This document shows, in pieces, positions 52,898-61,464 of a stretch of 64,000 bases of DNA (position 1 is the first letter of the stretch; every line of letters begins with the position of its first letter). Below the pieces are notes generated by a model that was given only the letters and a program-made list of their open reading frames with translations, had not been told where the DNA came from and ran no database searches. The position numbers and the translations under genes were made by a program. Where the stretch lies: the IMG/VR virus record IMGVR_UViG_3300045988_174823. One strand, given 5' to 3'. The stretch is from a virus.

Positions 52898-54031
52898 CTA
52901 ATTGTCGGAAACGACTTCCGCCTCCTCTGCCATCTTGCTTCTCCACTCACGAAGATCCTTGTGGCGAGTAGCTGCAATAACCTTTTCCAGCGCCGAAATG
53001 AGCGGGTTCTGGTCATAGTACAGCTGGTAGAGTTCGCGGTCCGATTTCCAACGTAGTTTACCATTCAAGGCCGAGTACACGGTCTTGGACGGTTTCTGGA
53101 TAATACCGCGTTCAACGCCGTACTCGATGTCTTCCTCGGAAAGGATAATGCCGTACCCAAGCAAGATACGGATGTACGTCTTTTGGCGCGAACCGAAGTC
53201 GTTCTTGATAACCTTAACCTCTGAAATTTGAGCCACCTCCACGTCGTCAATTTTCTTCATTTCCGTCACGCGCATCTGGAGACGCATAGTGGGCATGAGT
53301 TCCACCCATTCTCCGCCAGTACTTTTGCGCGACGTAACGCCCATGACGTTCTGTTCGTACTGGTGGTTGAGGATGACGAAATGGATGATATTGGTGTAGC
53401 ACAGCCCGACCAACCCCTTAGCGAACATCTTGGCCGATTTGGCGAACGCCATCATCTTCGGTTCCTGGAGTTTCTCCAACTCTTCGCCCCTGGAAGCGGC
53501 CTTGTCCATATTATCGACGTTGGCGCGGAGGGCGTCGTACTCGGCCTTAGAAAGCGTTGCGCCAAGCGAGTCCCAAAGGAAGAAGAACCGCGGCTTTTCT
53601 TTGATACCCGCCTCGGCGAACAGCGCGTGAGCGTCCTTTACGAACTTACTAACGCGCACGAACATCTGCTCGACGTAGTGAATTTTGATGATAGCCACAC
53701 GAGAAATATCCACGCCCAGCTGGATGGCGTAGTCCTTGTTGTCGCGGTTTTCGGACGAAAGGATACATGCCAACCCGGTATCGGGATTCTCGGCCAGAAA
53801 GTATTTCATGGCCTCCAGGCCCTCGGTAGTCTTACCACTGCGACTACGACCCGCAATCTCGATGATACCCGTTGGCAAACCGAACGTGCGCAAATTCCAG
53901 TCTAATTCGGGACTACCGGTATAGGCCCACGATTTAATCTCCGAGAAACCATCTTTCTTCTTGAACGTGATGACGTCTTCAGAGTTGAACTGGGCCGTGA
54001 GTTTATTCAAAACGCTTGAAATTTTCGACAT
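52898..54031 (-). CDS. RecA/UvsX-like recombinase
   Basis: IIEIAGRSRSGKTTEGLEAM Walker A and FFFLWDSLGAT Walker-B-like motif. The ATG at 54031 is preferred, leaving room for the upstream terminator. Confidence 0.8.
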   Translation of the reverse strand: MSKISSVLNKLTAQFNSEDVITFKKKDGFSEIKSWAYTGSPELDWNLRTFGLPTGIIEIAGRSRSGKTTEGLEAMKYFLAENPDTGLACILSSENRDNKDYAIQLGVDISRVAIIKIHYVEQMFVRVSKFVKDAHALFAEAGIKEKPRFFFLWDSLGATLSKAEYDALRANVDNMDKAASRGEELEKLQEPKMMAFAKSAKMFAKGLVGLCYTNIIHFVILNHQYEQNVMGVTSRKSTGGEWVELMPTMRLQMRVTEMKKIDDVEVAQISEVKVIKNDFGSRQKTYIRILLGYGIILSEEDIEYGVERGIIQKPSKTVYSALNGKLRWKSDRELYQLYYDQNPLISALEKVIAATRHKDLREWRSKMAEEAEVVSDN

Positions 54032-54044
54032 AGTGTAGATAGTT

Positions 54045-54075
54045 AAAAACGGCTGGCCAACCACGAAAGCCAGCC
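54045..54075 (-). terminator. Rho-independent terminator after ORF 54101-55372
   Basis: Sense strand GGCTGGC-(11 nt)-GCCAGCC followed by GTTTTT. Confidence 0.6.
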
Positions 54076-54100
54076 AGCCGCGGGGAAAGTATCACGGGGG

Positions 54101-55372
54101 TTATTTCTTACCGAGTTTGGCGCGAATCGACGCCAGCGAGCGGGTTGCGCTTGAGGGTTCCGGAGCTTCAGCTTCGTCTTCCGGTTCAGGTTCCGGAGCT
54201 TCCTCTTCCTCTTCGTCGCCGCCGTTTAACCCCAGGGCTTCGCGAATCTTCTCGCGAATCTGGTCGTCGGTCGTGGACTTGTAAACCTTAACCACTTCGC
54301 CGAGATCGTTGTCGTGGATGAACGCCTTGAGTTCGGCGCGGTCCATATCGTCCAGACCATCGTCGCTGCCTTCTGCCTCAGGCTCCGGTTCAGGTTCGTT
54401 GTCCGGTTCCTCTTCCAGCTCCTCGGGCTCGGGGATGCGGACACCGGGGCGGTTCTTCTTCGTGCGAACTGCCGGAACGTCATCCTCTTCGTCATCGTCA
54501 CGACGCTTGGCAGCTTTCTTAGTTACCTTCTTCTTGGGCTCGTCGTCAGAGTCACTGTACTGGGCGCGTACTTTCTCCACGATTTCCATCCATTCGTCGT
54601 CGCCGAAGACGTCGATACCGTGCTGCTCGTCGAAATTCTGGAGACCCTCCAAAGCGCGTTCGAACGTTTCCAGCGTGTACGTTCCGGCGACCTCCTCGAT
54701 GGGCTTCAGTTTCATGAATTTCTCGATAGCCTCGTCCGTGAGGGGGCATGCCTTGGGCTTCTTGCCGAGCGACACGTCGTAGTAGTTCTCACCCTTTTTC
54801 TTGTTCGGGTTTTTGATGTACTTGACGAACAGCGGCAGACCCTCGTCCGGGTCGGTGAACGGGTCAGTCTCGATAGGTTCATCCTCCTCCTCGGTAATGG
54901 CCAGGCGGTTCATGGCGTCGCGGACGGTCTTCTTGAACTCCCACAGCTTGGGGTCCATATCGTCTTCCTTGACCTCAGCGGCGTAGCACAGCCACGAAAG
55001 CGACGGCAGCAGGCCATCGCGCTGAGCCGTAACGGCGGCCACGGCATTCTCCGACCCGTGGGCCTTCACATAGGCGACATACTCCTGGACAATGTCCATG
55101 GCGGTCTTGCCGTGGAAAATGGAATCCAGTACCGTACCGCGGCGCTCGTCGCCAGAGTCCGTAGTAAACGGCAGCCAGTAGCATTTCCGGGGTACGTAGA
55201 AATTGTCGTGGTCGGGATGGGCGGGGAAGATACGAATCTTCATAAGTTTGCCATCCTCAAGCGACAGGAACTCGGCGTTGCCGTTGTTCAGCATCGAGTT
55301 GTCTTCGTCGATGCGGGCCTTGAGTTTTTTGATGGGAGTTGCTTTCAGCTTACTCCGCAAATCATTTGCCAT
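54101..55372 (-). CDS. hypothetical protein with long acidic low-complexity region (ssDNA-binding protein candidate by position only)
   Basis: 423-aa ORF between replication and recombination genes. The globular N-terminal ~270 aa are followed by D/E/P-rich repeats. No diagnostic motif. Confidence 0.25.
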   Translation of the reverse strand: MANDLRSKLKATPIKKLKARIDEDNSMLNNGNAEFLSLEDGKLMKIRIFPAHPDHDNFYVPRKCYWLPFTTDSGDERRGTVLDSIFHGKTAMDIVQEYVAYVKAHGSENAVAAVTAQRDGLLPSLSWLCYAAEVKEDDMDPKLWEFKKTVRDAMNRLAITEEEDEPIETDPFTDPDEGLPLFVKYIKNPNKKKGENYYDVSLGKKPKACPLTDEAIEKFMKLKPIEEVAGTYTLETFERALEGLQNFDEQHGIDVFGDDEWMEIVEKVRAQYSDSDDEPKKKVTKKAAKRRDDDEEDDVPAVRTKKNRPGVRIPEPEELEEEPDNEPEPEPEAEGSDDGLDDMDRAELKAFIHDNDLGEVVKVYKSTTDDQIREKIREALGLNGGDEEEEEAPEPEPEDEAEAPEPSSATRSLASIRAKLGKK

Positions 55373-55410
55373 AATACTTTGATTTTGTTAAGGTGTTAAT
55401 ATAAACGTTG

Positions 55411-55950
55411 TTAACTGTCGTCTTCGTCGGGAATCAGTTTGCGGCGTTTGCGTACTTTCATAACCGAATTCGCCTTACTCTGGAGGAGGTGCTCCTCGAT
55501 ATCGCCTGCCGGTATCGACAGCGATAGCTTATCCAGTTTCGACGACTTATCCTTAGCGGAAAAAAGAAGCGAAGCGACATAATCACGCGTCTTCTGGGCC
55601 TCAAACAATTTGAGTTTGTTAGCCTTATAAACCGGGCTCTGATAGACCGCCGTGTTTACCTCATCGACGGTTGCCGGTTTCTTACGGTCCTCTTCATCGT
55701 TGAGGGCGGTGCGTATCTCCTCGCGAACCTTGGCTTCCATAATCTCGCAGTTGAGTTTCGTTTCAGCCAGCGCCCGCTCGGCATCGGCCAGCAACAGGCC
55801 GAGACGGTTTACGACAACCGGGAAAGTGATAATCTCACCAACCAGATTTTCGTAGTGGATGGTCATCAATTCGTCAACGTCTATTTCGCCCTCGAACTCC
55901 TGAAATTCGATTTCGTAAACGTTCTTTCCAATCAGCAGTTTCCGTTTCAT
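55411..55950 (-). CDS. hypothetical protein
   Basis: 179-aa ORF. Confidence 0.5.
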   Translation of the reverse strand: MKRKLLIGKNVYEIEFQEFEGEIDVDELMTIHYENLVGEIITFPVVVNRLGLLLADAERALAETKLNCEIMEAKVREEIRTALNDEEDRKKPATVDEVNTAVYQSPVYKANKLKLFEAQKTRDYVASLLFSAKDKSSKLDKLSLSIPAGDIEEHLLQSKANSVMKVRKRRKLIPDEDDS

Positions 55951-56312
55951 TCTTTAGGTTCATGTTGGTTTACGTCGCCAAAACGTACACGACGCGTAAT
56001 TTCGATAATGAGATAATGAGCGGCTTTTTCCAAGTCGCGAATCAGACGGCTCTTGTTGTGCCCCACGGTGATGTATCGCTGGAGATAGCGCGTTACCTGG
56101 TAGATGTTAATGGCCGCACCGTGGTCCATGCCATATAACATCTTTTTGGTGTCGATAACCTTTTCACCATCGGCGTACTTATCAGAGTAGGTTCCGGCAA
56201 TGTGGTTGATAGTCATTGCCAGGGCCTGCGCGGCTTCAGGTTCAGATTGGCAGATACGCTCGATGTCATAAGACACCTGCGAAATTAATGAATCTTGAGT
56301 TTTCTTGTCCAT
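55947..56312 (-). CDS. DUF3310-like phage protein
   Basis: GAAINIYQVTRYLQRY...IRDLEKAAHYL resembles the NIxKYLxR...DLxKAxxYL signature. Confidence 0.4.
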   Translation of the reverse strand: MDKKTQDSLISQVSYDIERICQSEPEAAQALAMTINHIAGTYSDKYADGEKVIDTKKMLYGMDHGAAINIYQVTRYLQRYITVGHNKSRLIRDLEKAAHYLIIEITRRVRFGDVNQHEPKE

Positions 56313-56313
56313 G

Positions 56314-56961
56314 TTAAATTATATCGTTTTGTAAGTCATTAATGGCTCCTACCCATACGTACATCAGGCGTTCTTGCTCACAAATATCCGCCGATACACA
56401 CGTACTTTGTAACGTTGAAACCGCCCTACGATAGCTATCCTTACAATACGGTAATAAATCCAAAGGCCAAGAGCGGTTTCCCATCCCCACCTCACGATGC
56501 AAGAAATACAACAACGCCATCCAATCGGCCACCTTTACAATCGCGTGAGCAACGTCGTAATACGGTGCATCCTTTGAAAGCGTTTTGGCAATTACCGAAT
56601 CGTCTCCGAATTCGGCCATTACCTGGTGCGCAACAAACTCGTCCAAAACGTTACGCAGTTCCGACCCGTTATAAGCGTTATATTTAAGTTCGTGGGTGAT
56701 ATCGCGACGCAGAATAGCCTCGTCGAAGTCATGCATCAGCGCCATCTTCAGCGTCTGATACTTGAACGTAGCCACCGTATTATTATCGTCCCCTCCAGGC
56801 CAGAGATAGTCCAGCAGGCACATCGTGAAGACCGATACCTTGTACGAATGTTGCGAAACGCTTTCCTGCTGGTGGCGGTCATACTCCAACCACTGCTTGA
56901 TGTTATCCAACCGCGCAAGATGATCGCGGTTGAAGAGTTTGATTAAATCATCCTTTTGCAT
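56314..56961 (-). CDS. HD-domain 5'-deoxynucleotidase (YfbR-like) candidate
   Basis: ESVSQHSYKVSVFTMCLL and MALMHDFDEAILRRDITHELKY parallel YfbR ENVAEHS... and ...HDASEVLTGDLPTPVKY. Confidence 0.55.
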   Translation of the reverse strand: MQKDDLIKLFNRDHLARLDNIKQWLEYDRHQQESVSQHSYKVSVFTMCLLDYLWPGGDDNNTVATFKYQTLKMALMHDFDEAILRRDITHELKYNAYNGSELRNVLDEFVAHQVMAEFGDDSVIAKTLSKDAPYYDVAHAIVKVADWMALLYFLHREVGMGNRSWPLDLLPYCKDSYRRAVSTLQSTCVSADICEQERLMYVWVGAINDLQNDII

Positions 56962-56976
56962 AACCGATTTGTTTTA

Positions 56977-59022
56977 CTATTGTAATATCTCTAACCTTGT
57001 AGATTGTGAAGACTGTACGGTCTTCTTTCCAGCGAAATAATTCACACGCCCTGAAACAGCCACAATACGGTTCAACAGCGTAGCTTCGTTTTCCGGCTGA
57101 TGAAGCCAAAAGTCAGGCCACAACGTAATCTGGATGATGAGGTCGTTGACCTCCACTTGCAGTACACCGTAAGAATCGCCACCTTTGGTTTGACGTTCGA
57201 ATACGTTATTCGCACGACCAACGATACAAACCTCGTCGCCCTCGTGTTTACGCTCAAACTCGGCGGCGGTAACGTACAGCCGAACCATCCGTTTTCCGAG
57301 TCCGTATTCGTTCATCATACGTTCGTAGTCCACCTCGCCGTACCCGGTTAATTCACGCTGTTTGAAGACCCACCAGGCGTTAGTGTGAGCATCAGGCGAA
57401 GTGAATTCGTCGGAAAGCGGTTCACCGCGGCGTTCGAGATATTGCTTGACGATATCCAGACGCTGACGAGGATTGCGTATGTCTTCTACCAGATCGAACG
57501 CTCCAGCCATAATAAGACGCAACACCACAGTACGGTTTATGCCTTTAGGGGCAGAAGTTATGAAGTCCTCAAACGAGAACACTTCGCCGTGTTCATCTTT
57601 CATGGCTTTCAATAGCGTCAACGCCCGCTCGCCTACTCCCTTGACCTTACCCAGCGAAAAGAAGATACGGTTCGTCTTGGGGTCGCACGTAAAGGTTTCA
57701 CCCGAGAAATTGATATCCGGCGGACGGACCTCAATTTCGGCCCCGGTTTTCTTCATCTCCACCAAGCGATACGGGATATCGGACTCCTTCGAGGCGTACT
57801 GAAGCGACGTCGTCCAGAACTCCAGCGGGTAGTTAACCTTAAACCACTGTGACCAGTACGACATCATGGTATAGGCCACGGCGTGCGACTTGTTGAAGCC
57901 GTACCCTGAAAAGGCCAGCAGTTTGCTCCAAACCTCATCAGCCCGCGCTTCAGGTTTCTCAGTCAACCCGCGTTCGCGCAACAAGGTCGCGTATCCGGCA
58001 CGGAACTTATCGTGAAACGACTCGATAAGGTCCATATTTTTCTTCTTGATGGCGGTACGCAGGATATCGGATTCCACTGGACTCAGACCGCCTACAACGA
58101 CGGCTTTCATTATCTGCTCCTGGTAGGTATAGAGCGAATAGGTGTCGCGCGTTATTTCCTCCATACCGGGGTCGAATTTAGGCTTCCGGGCGCCATTCTT
58201 AATTTCAACGAACGTTTCGTGCGCCTTAACATCCATAGGACCCGGACGGAACAACGCCGTCATAGCGATAAGGTCGTCCAGGCTATGCGGTTTGGCCTCG
58301 CGGCAGTAGTTCATCAACCCCATAGCGCCAAACTGGAACACATCCTCGCACCAACCGCGCTGGAAATACCGGAATACCTCCTCGTCGTTGAACGGGATGG
58401 TGTTGACGTCGATTTGCTCCTTGCGGTTCTTGGCGATAAGTTTCAGAATAGATGAAAATTTATCCAGCTGGTTGAGACCTAAAATATCCTCTTTCAAGAA
58501 CCCTGACTTGTCGATATACTTACCCTCCCACTCGGAGACCAGCACACCACCCATGCGTTTCATAGGCATCCACCCGTAAAGGTCGATGGGGTTTCCGTCT
58601 TCGTCTTTCCGGGGTACGATGATAACGGCCGACGGATGAACTGAACCCGTCTTACACTGCGTAAGGGCGTATTTCGTCATGTGCACCAACTCCGGATGGT
58701 CCTGGACGAAACGGAACAATTCCCGCGACGTAGCGGCGTAGTTGAACAGGTCGCCCCACGTGTATTCTATCTGGTCGTCAATGTCCTTGGTGAGTTTATT
58801 CATCACCGCAAACGGCACGCCCATAACCTTACCAAAGTCCTTCAAACAGGTTTTCAGTTTCATGCGTGTGTACGTACCCACGGAGCAAACGTGGTCAACG
58901 CCGTAACGACGAGCCATGTACTCCTTTACCGTATCGCGGAACGCCACCGGGAAGTCGCAATCCACGTCCGGCATGCTGTCCTGACGAGCAACTTCAATCT
59001 TTTTTATTTTTAGAATTCTCAT
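56977..59022 (-). CDS. dnaE: DNA polymerase III alpha (DnaE-type), C-terminal piece starting at the catalytic PDxDxDF motif
   Basis: MRILKIKKIEVARQD-SMPDVDCDF, FRPGPMD and GYGFNKSHAVAYTMMSYWSQWFKVNYPLEFW. Its ATG (59022-59020) overlaps the endonuclease TGA as ATGA. Confidence 0.85.
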   Translation of the reverse strand: MRILKIKKIEVARQDSMPDVDCDFPVAFRDTVKEYMARRYGVDHVCSVGTYTRMKLKTCLKDFGKVMGVPFAVMNKLTKDIDDQIEYTWGDLFNYAATSRELFRFVQDHPELVHMTKYALTQCKTGSVHPSAVIIVPRKDEDGNPIDLYGWMPMKRMGGVLVSEWEGKYIDKSGFLKEDILGLNQLDKFSSILKLIAKNRKEQIDVNTIPFNDEEVFRYFQRGWCEDVFQFGAMGLMNYCREAKPHSLDDLIAMTALFRPGPMDVKAHETFVEIKNGARKPKFDPGMEEITRDTYSLYTYQEQIMKAVVVGGLSPVESDILRTAIKKKNMDLIESFHDKFRAGYATLLRERGLTEKPEARADEVWSKLLAFSGYGFNKSHAVAYTMMSYWSQWFKVNYPLEFWTTSLQYASKESDIPYRLVEMKKTGAEIEVRPPDINFSGETFTCDPKTNRIFFSLGKVKGVGERALTLLKAMKDEHGEVFSFEDFITSAPKGINRTVVLRLIMAGAFDLVEDIRNPRQRLDIVKQYLERRGEPLSDEFTSPDAHTNAWWVFKQRELTGYGEVDYERMMNEYGLGKRMVRLYVTAAEFERKHEGDEVCIVGRANNVFERQTKGGDSYGVLQVEVNDLIIQITLWPDFWLHQPENEATLLNRIVAVSGRVNYFAGKKTVQSSQSTRLEILQ

Positions 59023-59772
59023 TTCTTTCTCGGTTTCATTCCATGCCAAAATCCATCGGGGAGAGAGGCGTCCTTGCAAATAGTAGCGTTTATTTCGCCG
59101 TTAGTTATCCTAACTTTGCCTTGCATAGGGTTCGTGTATCCACGTTCATACCTATCGCGTAATTTCTTTCCAAAATCTTTTCGCCGCTCCTCGGGCCAGC
59201 GATTATGCCAGTTAGGGTTATTTTCACCCTTGTATCGCCCTTTCATTTTAGCCGACAAATTTGCCTTTTGTTCAGCCGTCCATCGGTTGCCGTAGTTTGG
59301 ATTCTTTTCGCCTATGTATCGCCCTTTTAAGGTCTTCGAAATTTTTTTTCTTATAATCAGTATTATCTAAAGCAATTTGACGTTTTTGATGAATTTGCTT
59401 CATTAATTCTGGATGATTCTTGAATGTCTTTTTAAGCGACCGTGAAACTTTCAAAGCAACCTCTGGAATCAACATGGGTGAGCCGCTTCCAAACTTATTA
59501 GCCGTACCCGATAAGATATTGTAGCCAATCCTCTTATTGGTTGAATTGAGTTTCTTGATGTATAGCATTCCCCAGGCGTCGAGTTGTAACTGGGTATCGC
59601 ATACGCGGAGCGTTTCACGCTTGAAGTTCTCAGGTCCGTAATGTTTAACCGCGTTCGTCAAAGATACACCACTACCCAAATACCCGTCAAACTCGTCAGA
59701 TTCGCAAACATGTTGGCCGATATAAATCTTGCCGTTAATTAGGTTCGTAGTTTTGTAAATTATACCGTACAT
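59019..59772 (-). mobile_element. GIY-YIG homing endonuclease gene inserted in dnaE, split into two frames at an A8 run
   Basis: ORF 59272-59772 has GIIY...KIYIG. The NUMOD3-like repeats (GEKNPNYG, GENNPNWH) continue in the frame of ORF 59019-59258, open from 59366. The frames meet at sense-strand A8 (plus T8 at 59342-59349), and A7 would give one ORF. Confidence 0.75.
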
Positions 59773-61463
59773 AAAGTTCGCAATTTATCAATATCTATGT
59801 CGAGGTCTATATTTGATAAATCGCAGTCTATGTCTATCGCTTCCCCGCTTCGAAGAGGAATCTTAGTATTTTCAGGCAACTTGAATTTCCCGTATCCTTC
59901 TATTTCTATCTCCCAGAATTTTGGGATGTTAACACGCGTCTCGTTCAAGAAACGCTCAAACATCAAGTTGTATTTCAGCGGATCAACATCCGTAATATAC
60001 AGGCAATACGCAATCAGCGAACCACACACTGAACCACGGCCCGACCCGGTCATGATACCTTGTTCGCGGCACCAGTTCATGATGTCCCAAAGTATCATAA
60101 AGTAGTCGCACAGCCCGTTCGGCACGATAATGGCACATTCCTTTTCCAACTCGGCCATATAGTGGTCGAGATTATCGACTTTACCTACTAACCGCTCTTG
60201 TACGCCAGCTTCAAGTTTTTCAAAAAAGGCGTCTTCAACCGTAGTTTTTACAAACTCGTATTTCGGTAGATGGCGTATTCCGACGGGTATCTGAAAGTCT
60301 ATACTCTCCGTCAACGTAGTGGAATTAGCCATGCCATCAATTATCTTTTCGTAAAGGGGCGCGGCTACGTCCATCCACTCTTCATACGCTAAAATCGTCT
60401 CTTTTGAGTTTTTGAAATACTGGGTTGCGCTTTCGGCATTGACCACGCCTGCCACCTTGTTCAGGAGCGACTTCAGCGGAGCCTCTTCAGGGTCGAGATA
60501 GTACGAGTCGTTGATAACGAGCGGTGGTGTATCGCGGTAAAGTTTAATTTTACGGCAACGACATACGTAGGTATCAATACTTTCCAAGTGATCGCGGAAT
60601 AAGGTTTCGGACGCGTACTCCACCGTATCGATCTGGTAATACACACGGTCGAATGCGGCGTGATAGGCCGTCAGTAACCGCTTGCAACGCTCGACATCTC
60701 CCTTGAAATAGTTTAATTCACTGTCAGGCGGTATTACACATACCAGGCCGCGTCCTAACTTGTAGAGTTCTTCCGCGGGTATAAACCCCTGATAATCGAC
60801 GTTTATAGCCTTATTAACCAATAACAGGTTACGCCATCCGTGGGTACTCATGGCGTATAGCTTCAACGAAAAAGTTTCCTGAACATCAGCTGCCGGATCA
60901 TAGTTACAAACCACGGTAACGGTTTCACCGATGATAGGTTTCAGTCCCTTGCCTAAGCAAGCGGTCTGAAAGGCGAGCGTGCCAGCCAGCGTATTACGGT
61001 CACAAATACCCAGAGCCGTCATACGGTTGAATTTGGCCTTAGCAGCCCACTCTTCGCAGTTGGACGAACCGTTCAAGAACTCGTATTCGCTATGAACACC
61101 CAGGTGAACGAACGGAACCAGTTCCTCAGCCGTGCTTGTACCAAGATATTTGAAGTCGCGGAATTCGGGACGGAAAACCACAGTTTTATCCAGCCGCAGG
61201 TGGTCCTTTTTGATATTCGAGTAGTAGAACTTGCCGCCGAATTCGAAGAGAATGTATTTCACCACGCCATCGTACAGTGCGTCGAATTCAGCAGCCGTTA
61301 CTGCGAACGAGAATCGTTCGTCGATTATCTTTCCGCTATCGTCGGGGTGTAGGTACAAGAAGTCCCCTACACCCTCAATGGCGATTATGTTCAATTCGTC
61401 GTCGCGCTTTTCTTCGATAGCCAGATAGTTATCTTCCGCCCACCGACGTAGCGAGTCAGTCAT
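59760..61463 (-). CDS. dnaE: DNA polymerase III alpha (DnaE-type), N-terminal piece (PHP domain to just before the catalytic Asp motif)
   Basis: FVHLGVHSEYEFLNGS (PHP) and GRGSVCGSLIAYCLYITDVDPLKYNLMFERFLNETRV. A 56-aa non-canonical tail then runs into the endonuclease start. Confidence 0.85.
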   Translation of the reverse strand: MTDSLRRWAEDNYLAIEEKRDDELNIIAIEGVGDFLYLHPDDSGKIIDERFSFAVTAAEFDALYDGVVKYILFEFGGKFYYSNIKKDHLRLDKTVVFRPEFRDFKYLGTSTAEELVPFVHLGVHSEYEFLNGSSNCEEWAAKAKFNRMTALGICDRNTLAGTLAFQTACLGKGLKPIIGETVTVVCNYDPAADVQETFSLKLYAMSTHGWRNLLLVNKAINVDYQGFIPAEELYKLGRGLVCVIPPDSELNYFKGDVERCKRLLTAYHAAFDRVYYQIDTVEYASETLFRDHLESIDTYVCRCRKIKLYRDTPPLVINDSYYLDPEEAPLKSLLNKVAGVVNAESATQYFKNSKETILAYEEWMDVAAPLYEKIIDGMANSTTLTESIDFQIPVGIRHLPKYEFVKTTVEDAFFEKLEAGVQERLVGKVDNLDHYMAELEKECAIIVPNGLCDYFMILWDIMNWCREQGIMTGSGRGSVCGSLIAYCLYITDVDPLKYNLMFERFLNETRVNIPKFWEIEIEGYGKFKLPENTKIPLRSGEAIDIDCDLSNIDLDIDIDKLRTLCTV

Positions 61464-61464
61464 A

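Noticed and set aside
54314-55399. 361-aa plus-strand ORF antisense to ORF 54101-55372
   Set aside because: A shadow ORF produced by the GA/GC-rich acidic coding region on the other strand. The translation is low-complexity and would be the only plus-strand gene in the window.
58978-59930. Group I intron or split-intein explanation for the dnaE interruption
   Set aside because: Not excluded, but disfavoured. The downstream piece has its own ATG, overlapped (ATGA) with the endonuclease stop. Only 38 A-rich, unstructured nt separate that stop from the conserved exon sequence. I could not find P1/P7-like pairings by eye. The tails lack intein blocks: there is no Cys/Ser at the junction start and no HN before the +1 residue. 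Kept as a test in the finding.
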